NCBI GenBank assembly: GCA_016188265.1
Contig: JACPID010000003.1
Coordinates: 1 to 64,000, forward strand
Reading direction: 5' to 3'
Length of the DNA: 64,000 bases
Origin: Candidatus Woesearchaeota archaeon
GTDB lineage: Archaea > Nanobdellota > Nanobdellia > Woesearchaeales > ARS49
Part shown: positions 29,665-37,558 of the stretch, in pieces
Layout of the letters: every line of letters begins with the position of its first letter
Numbering within the stretch: the stretch's first letter is position 1
Notes under the pieces: model-generated
The model's input: the letters and a program-made list of their open reading frames with translations, nothing else
Told to the model about the DNA's origin: nothing
Databases searched by the model: none
Program-made: the position numbers and the translations under genes

Positions 29665-31178
29665 AATAGCTTCATTCCAGAAAAGGTAGACTGTTCTTTT
29701 ATACTTTTCTGTTGTTTTGCTACATCATCAAAAAAAGGAATTGAAATTGGAATTGCAAATCTTGCAAATGTTGATGTAAGAATAGCCTCCCCTTTATCTA
29801 AAGAAGATATTGCATGTTCATCTTTACTTAAATCCTGAGCTGCGCTTTCAATTATGGCCTGTCTTTCTTGTTTTAATTCGGTGCCTAAAATAATTTTTGT
29901 ATTAAGATTTGCAAGAATATCGCGAGGAATTAAAGATGGTAATTGAGTAATTGCAATTAAGCCTATGTTAAACTTTCTGCCTTCTCTAGCGATTGTTGAA
30001 AATACATTATTTCCACGCTCAAGCGCATCTTTTGACAATACTCTTGGAGCTTCTTCGAGAACAATGGAAATTACAGGCAAAGCTGACAATGTTGCCTGAT
30101 CTGCTTTTTTAGCACTAGCTAATAATTCATGAGCTATAATACTTCCTAGAAAAACTTCAATTCTTTCACTAGCTAAAGAAGTATCAATAACAACTATTGT
30201 ACTTTCGTAAAGAGCTCTAATAACATCACTAACAAAAGAGTGGCCAGAAGTTGTACTAAAAATTCCTTTGCTAATAATAAAGCCATCTTGAATAGATAAA
30301 TTAAGAAGGCTTAGCAATTGCCTTTTAATAACTGCAAGCGTTGATTCTCCAAAAGAAACAGAAATAGGCTTATTTAAAATAATTGCTTCAATCCAGGAAT
30401 CAGCATATTCACGATAATATGATTGAAGCGCTTGATATTGAGGATCACTCCACTCAATAACTCCTTGAAAATGTTTTGGCTTGATTAAAGAAATATTAAT
30501 TCGCAATGTACGCGAACCTGGCGGAGGATTTGCAAAAGTGTAATATATTAGTTTGCTTGAAAATGCATGATCTTTTAAGCCGATTGAAGATCTTCCATAA
30601 TATTCATCATGAGGATCTAAAATAAGAATTCCTGCATAATTTTGAGCTAATAAATTCCACATCAAGTGCTTCATTAAAACACTTTTTCCACGGCCAGTAG
30701 TTCCACTAATTAATACATGATGACTGAGAACATTTCTGCCATCAAGAATTATTTCAACAGGTATTGTTTTTTTTCCACTTCTTAAAAATCCAAGAAAAAA
30801 AGGGTTTATAGACGGCTGAAGAAAAGAAACATCTTGTTTTGTTATTGATCTTACTGGTGAAAAAATTTTTGGCAATGTTTTGCAAGCTGCTGCTTTATTT
30901 CCTTTAATAAAAAGAATATTTTTTACATTAGCTAACTGGTACGAACGAAGTTTTTCATCCATTATTTGCAAATCTGTATCTTCTTCTAATTTTAATCCTG
31001 AAACAAGTTCAAGTTGCTGTTGCGATAATTGAGAACCATATGCAAGATCAAATACTTGCAAAAGAATCTTATTTTCTTTATCTTCAGTTATTAATAATTC
31101 ACCTAATTCAAAATATTCACTATTTTTTTGGCGAACACAAATATTTCCAAATTGACCTGAAATAACCAACCCTCTCAT
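29661..31178 (-). CDS. herA: HerA-like ATPase/helicase (DUF87)
   Basis: GTTGRGKS Walker [25 protein letters not shown]. Confidence 0.9.
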   Translation of the reverse strand: MRGLVISGQFGNICVRQKNSEYFELGELLITEDKENKILLQVFDLAYGSQLSQQQLELVSGLKLEEDTDLQIMDEKLRSYQLANVKNILFIKGNKAAACKTLPKIFSPVRSITKQDVSFLQPSINPFFLGFLRSGKKTIPVEIILDGRNVLSHHVLISGTTGRGKSVLMKHLMWNLLAQNYAGILILDPHDEYYGRSSIGLKDHAFSSKLIYYTFANPPPGSRTLRINISLIKPKHFQGVIEWSDPQYQALQSYYREYADSWIEAIILNKPISVSFGESTLAVIKRQLLSLLNLSIQDGFIISKGIFSTTSGHSFVSDVIRALYESTIVVIDTSLASERIEVFLGSIIAHELLASAKKADQATLSALPVISIVLEEAPRVLSKDALERGNNVFSTIAREGRKFNIGLIAITQLPSLIPRDILANLNTKIILGTELKQERQAIIESAAQDLSKDEHAISSLDKGEAILTSTFARFAIPISIPFFDDVAKQQKSIKEQSTFSGMKLL

Positions 31179-31248
31179 TTATAGAAATAAGTTAACAAAA
31201 GATTTATATAACTATCTTCCACAATATATCACAAAAGCAGGTGATAAT

Positions 31249-31827
31249 ATGTTAAGATTACTTTGGAGTCCTGGCAGCCTTATTGAAGATTTAAGAGGAA
31301 AACCAAGTTTTGGACTTGCATTTTTCACTTTAGTAATAAGCACACTCATCATATGCGGAAGTATTGTTTTATTTAGTTTTGTATCTCAGGATTCAAAAAT
31401 TCTGCTTAAAACAACAGGCACAATATTTGTAGCTGTTATTGTTATAGTCTTTTACTTGGCAGCATTATTAACTGCTATTATGAAAACACTTTCTGGAAAT
31501 GGTTCTTACACTGCAGGCCTTTCAAGCCTTTCATTACCAATGATGCCATTATCTGTTGCATTACTATTAATTGTTTTAGCAAACATTGTTAATATTACAA
31601 GCCAAACAATAATTGCAATATACACTATGTGGATAATCACTGGCCTATCAACTCCTTTTTTATTAGTGTTAAGCATATCTACAATATTTCGCGCACTAAA
31701 AGAATTATTTGAAACAAATATGATCACAGCATTATTAGGCTTTTTTCTTTTAAAAATAACAGTCATTGCACTATTGCTAGCAAGCACAACTCAATACTGG
31801 CTGCCACTATTAATTATAGCAGAGTAA
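31249..31827 (+). CDS. Yip1-like membrane protein
   Basis: N-terminal LLWSP motif and five TM helices. Confidence 0.65.
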   Translation: MLRLLWSPGSLIEDLRGKPSFGLAFFTLVISTLIICGSIVLFSFVSQDSKILLKTTGTIFVAVIVIVFYLAALLTAIMKTLSGNGSYTAGLSSLSLPMMPLSVALLLIVLANIVNITSQTIIAIYTMWIITGLSTPFLLVLSISTIFRALKELFETNMITALLGFFLLKITVIALLLASTTQYWLPLLIIAE

Positions 31828-31863
31828 TAATTATTATAAACTAGTTTAATAAACATAATAACA

Positions 31864-32067
31864 ATGGAAGACAATTTTCTAAAAAAAAAAGAAGTGCAAA
31901 AAGCTCTTAAAGAAGCAAAGAAACTTGAAAAACATATTATTCCTCAAGAAGAGATTGTAAAAACTTATGAAGAAGGCCTTGAACAATTAAATAAGTTAAA
32001 AGAATTTTTAAAACCAGCATGGTTTGTTAAAGATACTGACAGCAAGAAAAAAAAAGATAGCACCTAA
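31864..32067 (+). CDS. Small hypothetical protein
   Basis: 67-aa charged ORF with TATA upstream. Confidence 0.55.
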   Translation: MEDNFLKKKEVQKALKEAKKLEKHIIPQEEIVKTYEEGLEQLNKLKEFLKPAWFVKDTDSKKKKDST

Positions 32068-32212
32068 TTAAACACTATGCACCACTCAACAGTTATTACC
32101 GTCGAGTCTTAGTAATAATACCGACGAAAAGTTTATAAAATAGAAGTCCTAACATTATTAGATTCGATGCGTTCTCGTCGAAATAATAAAAAAAAAATCG
32201 GAGGAGTGACTA

Positions 32213-32440
32213 ATGGCACAAAAAGTAACAAAAGTAGGTGTAAAAAAAGAAAAAGGATATCTCTACTTTGTAGATAAAAAAGGAAATGTAGCTCGTGCAA
32301 AAATGGCACGCGGTAAAAAAAGAGGCGGCAAAACAGAAGTTGTTGCAAAAGCAGGTGTAAAAAAAGAAAAAGGATATCTCTACTTTGTAGATAAACAAGG
32401 AGATGTTTCAAAAGCTAAAATGGCACGCGGCGGAAGATAA
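32213..32440 (+). CDS. CC1-like small basic chromatin protein (two internal repeats)
   Basis: Duplicated GVKKEKGYLYFVDKxGxVxxAKMARG; strong SD GGAGG. Confidence 0.8.
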   Translation: MAQKVTKVGVKKEKGYLYFVDKKGNVARAKMARGKKRGGKTEVVAKAGVKKEKGYLYFVDKQGDVSKAKMARGGR

Positions 32441-32596
32441 ACCCGCCTTTGCTTATTAAATAAGGAGGTTATGCTTCATGGGAATTGCCATCTTTGGCGG
32501 ATAATACAGTCACAAATAAATCTGATAGTACTATATATTTTTAGAAAACTATTTATACTTGGCATTGCCTGTTCAAGTTATAAGAGGGGTTTTTAG

Positions 32597-33235
32597 ATGG
32601 TAATGAAGTTTTTTAAAAGAATCTTTGGAAGATTATGGAAAGACCTATTTAAAGGCAAAAAAGAACTGAAATTAGGACTGTACGGCCCGCCAAATTCTGG
32701 TAAAACCACTTTAGCAAATAGAATATGCTTAGATTGGCTTGGCGAAGAAATGGGCAGTGTAAGTAGCATTGCACATGAAACACGAGAAATACAAATAAAA
32801 GAACAAATTTCTATTCGTTCAAAAGATGGAAAAGAATTATTTTTTAATCTAGTAGACACTCCGGGAATTGCAACAAGAATTGATTATGAAGATTTTTTAA
32901 AAGCAGGATTAACTGAAAATAAAGCAAAAAAAAGAGCAAAAGAAGCAACAAAAGGAATAATTGATGCAATTAAATGGCTTGATGACATGGATGCTGTTGT
33001 TGTTGTTTTAGATGCAACTCAAGACCCGTACTCGCAAGTTAACATAACAATAATAGGAAATCTAGCGGCAAGAAACATACCTGTTATTATAGCTGCAAAT
33101 AAAGTTGATTTAAGAAAGTCAAATATGAAAAAAATAGAATCTGCATTCCCACAATATGAAGTTGTTGGAATTTCAGCAAAATATGGAAAGCATGTTGAAA
33201 AATTATATGAAACCTTCTTTAATTTAGTAAAATAA
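32597..33235 (+). CDS. oapA: Era-like small GTPase (OapA/ArvA family)
   Basis: GPPNSGKTTLANRI, HETR, DTPG, ANKVD; first gene of a three-gene cluster. Confidence 0.88.
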   Translation: MVMKFFKRIFGRLWKDLFKGKKELKLGLYGPPNSGKTTLANRICLDWLGEEMGSVSSIAHETREIQIKEQISIRSKDGKELFFNLVDTPGIATRIDYEDFLKAGLTENKAKKRAKEATKGIIDAIKWLDDMDAVVVVLDATQDPYSQVNITIIGNLAARNIPVIIAANKVDLRKSNMKKIESAFPQYEVVGISAKYGKHVEKLYETFFNLVK

Positions 33236-33237
33236 AA

Positions 33238-33621
33238 ATGGTAACTATACAATTTGTTCCATATGGAGAAATTGAAGATGTTAGCAGTGTTGGAAGGATT
33301 AGAAAATTATTAAATATTGCAAAACAAAATAAAATTGTATTATTACAAGGAAGACTTAAAAAAGAAGAAGAAGCTGAACTTATAAAAGCAACAATGGAAG
33401 AAATAAACAAAGAATTCAAAGGCATTGAATTAGCTGTTATTAATCCTGCAGAACAAGCATCAACTAAATTTCAAAAATTTCGAAACCAAGTATTTTCAAG
33501 TATTTTAGGAGATAGGCAAGGACTGACAATAATAGGCCCTGCAAATGTTGTAAAATCAATAAAAAAAGACCCTCATAAAATTGAATTGTTAACTGCAGAA
33601 AACAGAAAAAGAAGGAAATAA
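33238..33621 (+). CDS. oapB: DUF2073 protein (OapB-like)
   Basis: IRKLL...GRL..EEEAELIKATM...FKGIE...GLTIIGPAN; synteny with oapA. Confidence 0.85.
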   Translation: MVTIQFVPYGEIEDVSSVGRIRKLLNIAKQNKIVLLQGRLKKEEEAELIKATMEEINKEFKGIELAVINPAEQASTKFQKFRNQVFSSILGDRQGLTIIGPANVVKSIKKDPHKIELLTAENRKRRK

Positions 33622-33623
33622 CA

Positions 33624-34001
33624 ATGCCCCACCAATGCGTAAGGTGCAATGCCATTTATGAAGATGGAAGCAAAGAAATTCTAAAAGGCTGTTCCTGCGG
33701 AGCTCGACTATTTTTTTTCATTAAAAAAGAAAGGCTAGAACAGCTTAAAAAAGATTTAGATGTTAATCTTTCAAATGAAGATAAAAAACAAATAGAAGAA
33801 GATGTGTATGACCTTATAGGAACAAAAGATCCTGATGCGCCTGTAATTTTAGACTTTGAAACAATACGCATACTTAAACCAGGAAAATATGAAGTAGATC
33901 TTGTTCAGTTATTTAAAAAAGAACCTCTTGTTTTTAAATTAGAAGAAGGAAAATACATCATTGATTTGCCTGAAACATTTGAAAGACTTAAAAACAAATA
34001 G
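33624..34001 (+). CDS. oapC: Zn-ribbon protein DUF2072 (OapC-like)
   Basis: MPHQCVRC...ILKGCSCG...GKYEVDL. Confidence 0.88.
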   Translation: MPHQCVRCNAIYEDGSKEILKGCSCGARLFFFIKKERLEQLKKDLDVNLSNEDKKQIEEDVYDLIGTKDPDAPVILDFETIRILKPGKYEVDLVQLFKKEPLVFKLEEGKYIIDLPETFERLKNK

Positions 34002-34010
34002 TTTTAACAA

Positions 34011-34099
34011 ATAGAAAACGAAATAAATAATAGGACAATAGTTTCGTTTTCTAAATAGTACGCGCCATAAGAGTGTCCTACAAATTATGGCGCGTACTA
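34011..34099 (+). repeat. Double-hairpin dispersed repeat, family A, copy 3
   Basis: Fills the gap between convergent oapC and phoU-like genes; 1-nt deletion and G-to-A change vs copy 1. Confidence 0.95.
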
Positions 34100-34102
34100 A
34101 AA

Positions 34103-35008
34103 TCATTCATCATCAATAATAATTCTGGCAATATTATTCAATAAAGTGATTACTTGTTTAAAATGCTCATGTGTTTCATTAGGCAATTGATCAACTTCCT
34201 GCATAATTATTGTTCTTTGTTTAGCAAAATTATCTGCAAAATGTTTGTCTTTAGTATAAAATGATTTCATAAGTGCTTCATAATGTTCTGAAATATTTTT
34301 TAGAAATAATTGAACTGAATTTTGTTTTTCTTTTATAAGAGGATAAATATTTTTACAACAATCTGCAATATTTTCCAAATTAACAGCCAAATACCATAAA
34401 GATAATATTCTTGCAGGAAGGATTTTAAATTGTTCTGCCAATGTATCATCTTTTAAAGATCCTTTAAGCATACGAAATACTAAAAAGTATAATCTATTAA
34501 CATCTTGATCACGAAATGACAAGCTTTCCTGAGCTGTATCTTTTGATATATCTTGAAACATTGAACGTAAAATCATATCAATGCGCCTGATAGTTTTTTC
34601 AATAGAAACATCATCTATATTAAGGAGATCTCTTGCTGTAAATGAATTAGAAGATTGTTCAATAAGCTCTAGTGCAACAAAATCCCTTAAAAGTTCTCTT
34701 AATTCCTGTTGATTTTTTTTAACCTGCTCCCCAACTATATTTATTGTGTGATAATTATTTATGTACGCAGAAGTTATTTCTCTTTGAAGTGTTTCAAATG
34801 CTTTTGATTTTTCAAATGAGAGAGTAATTTCTCTTGCAACTGGTTTTGATCTTTTAATATGCGGGGTAATAATTATTTCTGTGGATGATTTCTCATATAA
34901 GTAAACAGCATCTCCTTTTTTGAGGTTATTTTTATCCAGCCACTCTTTTGGCAAAGATAAAGTATGACTTGTTTGTCCTGCTTTTACTAATTTTCTAACA
35001 TAAACCAT
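34103..35008 (-). CDS. AbrB-PhoU phosphate uptake regulator family protein
   Basis: RKLVKAGQTSHTLSLPKEW AbrB domain; DQDVNRLYF and LENIAD PhoU repeats. Confidence 0.88.
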   Translation of the reverse strand: MVYVRKLVKAGQTSHTLSLPKEWLDKNNLKKGDAVYLYEKSSTEIIITPHIKRSKPVAREITLSFEKSKAFETLQREITSAYINNYHTINIVGEQVKKNQQELRELLRDFVALELIEQSSNSFTARDLLNIDDVSIEKTIRRIDMILRSMFQDISKDTAQESLSFRDQDVNRLYFLVFRMLKGSLKDDTLAEQFKILPARILSLWYLAVNLENIADCCKNIYPLIKEKQNSVQLFLKNISEHYEALMKSFYTKDKHFADNFAKQRTIIMQEVDQLPNETHEHFKQVITLLNNIARIIIDDE

Positions 35009-35104
35009 AACAACCTCTTTACAACCTAAAGTATATACTTACCGTACTTGCCGTATTATATGTGCATTATTCATATATAAAAGCTTTTACATCCTATAAA
35101 ATAC

Positions 35105-35380
35105 AATGGTTAAGAACTAAAAAGGACGGTGTTAGTCGAAGAGGACGCAAATCCTAACATTGAGGAGGTCAAGGCTGAGCGTCAACAAAAACCTAAATGC
35201 CTTGCACCATATCCTTTTCAATATTATTTTCCTAATCAATAGGTGATTTGTTAGGCGAACATAAGTCACAACTCACAACAACTTACTGGGCGGGATTATA
35301 ACATCCCACCCATTGCACTCATCCCTCAAACCCCTCTAATGGCGCGAACATGGATTTCTTAATCTCGCGCCAATTTTTTT
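35105..35380 (+). ncRNA. Putative structured non-coding RNA, family not recognised
   Basis: GC-elevated with no ORF; TATA upstream; multiple stems; ends in TGGCGCGA/TCGCGCCA hairpin plus T7. Confidence 0.55.
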
Positions 35381-35448
35381 AATTTTTTATGCTAAAAACT
35401 ATATACAAATATAGAAATTATTATAAAACTAGCAGTATAACAAAACAT

Positions 35449-36558
35449 ATGCAATTAAAAAATAAAAACTTAGAAGAAAAAACAATCTTGTTTCTTAAAA
35501 ACCTTGAAAAAAAAGACAAAATTGCAATAATGCACCATTCAGACCCAGATGGTGTTTGTTCTGGAGTTCTTATTTCAAAAATTATTGAACGTTTAAGAGA
35601 TAAACCAATTGATTTACGTTATAATCAACATAGCAATGAACATGCTATACAACCACAAACTGTTAAATTACTAAAAAAATACAGTATTAACAAACTAATA
35701 ACAACAGACATATGTTCTGAAGAAAATAAAAAAAAATTAGAAGAAGTAGAAGATTTTGCTAAAATACTGATTATAGATCATCACAGATTTAAACATGATG
35801 CAAACTCAGAAAAAACCATTATGTTTAAGCCCCAACTTGTTTATGAAGGTATTGAACCTTCAAAGTATTGTTCAGCAAAACTAGTATATGATTTAGGAGA
35901 AAAATGCAGTATTTTTATGAAGGATCTTGATTGGATAGCATCGATAGGCATTGTTGCTGACATGGCTTTTCAAGAATGGGAAGAATTTCTTAAAAACACT
36001 GCTGAAAAATATGGAATTGAAAAAAATAATTGGTGGGAAGGAAAATTTGGAAAAGCTTCAAACCTAATTAATGATACTGAATGCTTTAATGATGAGCTTG
36101 CTAAAGAAAGTTTTTATTTTTTATCAAATGCGAGAAATATCCGAGATTTTTTATCATCTCCTTTAATAAAATATCAGAATATTATTCAAGAAGAAGTTGA
36201 TAATTGTCTCTCCTCTGCTAATGAAAAAGCAGAACATTATTCAGAATTAGAGCTGGTATATTACGAGATTAAACCTAAATATAAAGTAAAATCTTCAATA
36301 AGCACATTGATAAGCATGGAAAAGCCAAATACAACATTTATTATTGTTGACTTGTCAGAAGAGTATGCTACTGTAAGCGGAAGAAGATTAGATGGAAAAA
36401 TTGCAATGAATGAATTATTTGAATATGCAACAAAAGACATAACAGAAGCGCATGGGGGAGGACATGTTAATTCAGGAGGAGCTACTGTTCCAAAAAAAAG
36501 TTATGCTCTATTTAAACAAAGAATTTTTGAATATCTCAAAAACTACCTACTTCAGTAG
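35449..36558 (+). CDS. DHH/DHHA1 family phosphoesterase
   Basis: HHSDPDG, TTD, IIDHH, GIVAD, SGR and GGGH motifs; TATA ~28 nt before ATG 35449. Confidence 0.9.
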   Translation: MQLKNKNLEEKTILFLKNLEKKDKIAIMHHSDPDGVCSGVLISKIIERLRDKPIDLRYNQHSNEHAIQPQTVKLLKKYSINKLITTDICSEENKKKLEEVEDFAKILIIDHHRFKHDANSEKTIMFKPQLVYEGIEPSKYCSAKLVYDLGEKCSIFMKDLDWIASIGIVADMAFQEWEEFLKNTAEKYGIEKNNWWEGKFGKASNLINDTECFNDELAKESFYFLSNARNIRDFLSSPLIKYQNIIQEEVDNCLSSANEKAEHYSELELVYYEIKPKYKVKSSISTLISMEKPNTTFIIVDLSEEYATVSGRRLDGKIAMNELFEYATKDITEAHGGGHVNSGGATVPKKSYALFKQRIFEYLKNYLLQ

Positions 36559-36569
36559 GTAGTTTTTGA
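36536..36569. repeat. Perfect 15-bp hairpin across the DHH stop codon (family D-like)
   Basis: TCAAAAACTACCTAC-TTCA-GTAGGTAGTTTTTGA. Confidence 0.8.
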
Positions 36570-37558
36570 TCATACAAATAATGACATATACAAGCTTACT
36601 ACTCGACTTTGTTGAAACGCTTTTCACAGCACAATCTACAGAAATTTTACTAGATAAAGCAACAGAATTTCTTACAAATACTTTCAAAATATCAAACACA
36701 TGCATTTATCTTAAAGAAAATAAAAAAAGATTTTATTCAAATATACAAATTGAAAAAGAATACTCTTTAATTGAACAAAAATTATTAGAACTATTATGCT
36801 CTCTTAAAACAATAACATCAATTGCTTCAATTAAAAAAGATGTACTTACAGAAAATATCAAGATAGAAAACATTCCTAATTCAGTTCTGGCAATACCTTT
36901 AATAGATCAAAGAGAGTTCTTTGGTGCAATTTTTTTATACTCTGAAAAAGAACTTAAAGATTTTCAAGATATTTCTGATCAATTACAAAAAAGATTCTTA
37001 AATGCATACAAGTACATAAATAAGTATGATGAACTTAAAAAAACATCAGTAACAGATCCTTTAACAGGACTTTTCAATAGAATTTACATGATAGATTTCT
37101 TAAACCAAACACTCAAACATGCTGAAATTAGCAAAAAACCAACATCTATTATAATTTTAGACCTGGATAATTTTAAAGGATATAATGATACAAAAGGGCA
37201 CTTAGAAGGGGATAAACTTCTCAAAACAGTATCTGAAGGTATTTGCAACAAATTTCGTTTTCAAGATGTTGCTTGCAGATATGGCGGTGAAGAATTTGTT
37301 GTAATTCTCCCAAATACTGAAAGTAAAATCGCACTTCAGCGTGCAGAAGAAGTGAGAAGATTCATTGAAGCAGATTGCAATACAACCATAAGTGTAGGAG
37401 TAATGACTTGCCTAAACTCCTCGCTAAGTTCTCAAGAAATGTTAAAAAATGCAGATGATGCCCTATATAAAGCAAAAAGAACTGGAAAAAATAAAGTAAT
37501 TCAGTATATTTCTGTAGATAAAAGCCTCGGGGTTATTGATACAACACATGCAATATGA
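36566..37558 (+). CDS. GAF-GGDEF diguanylate cyclase
   Basis: GAF-like SVLAIPLIDQREFFGAIFL; DPLTGLFN, DLDNFK, NDTKGHLEGD, RFQD I-site, RYGGEEF; probable ATG 36581. Confidence 0.93.
   Translation: MIIQIMTYTSLLLDFVETLFTAQSTEILLDKATEFLTNTFKISNTCIYLKENKKRFYSNIQIEKEYSLIEQKLLELLCSLKTITSIASIKKDVLTENIKIENIPNSVLAIPLIDQREFFGAIFLYSEKELKDFQDISDQLQKRFLNAYKYINKYDELKKTSVTDPLTGLFNRIYMIDFLNQTLKHAEISKKPTSIIILDLDNFKGYNDTKGHLEGDKLLKTVSEGICNKFRFQDVACRYGGEEFVVILPNTESKIALQRAEEVRRFIEADCNTTISVGVMTCLNSSLSSQEMLKNADDALYKAKRTGKNKVIQYISVDKSLGVIDTTHAI

Noticed and set aside
29661..31178. HerA as an anti-phage Sir2-HerA/DUF4297 system
   Set aside because: No such partner is adjacent; proximity to mre11 favours the repair HerA
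32472..32596. Short ORF after an AAGGAGG sequence upstream of oapA
   Set aside because: Runs through the apparent oapA TATA and SD and has no recognisable features
35140..35155. GGACGCAAA resembling the c-di-GMP-I (GEMM) riboswitch core
   Set aside because: The upstream GGCAAA, GNRA-capped P2 and tetraloop receptor are missing; 9 nt is not enough, so the region is kept only as an unassigned RNA
35106..35157. Frameshifted basic micro-peptide (MV..RTKKDGVSRRGRKS)
   Set aside because: The ATG frame stops after four codons; it would need an unsupported indel
35105..35380. RNase P RNA or SRP RNA
   Set aside because: No convincing GAGGAAAGUCC/CR-V pair or SRP helix-8 motif on either strand
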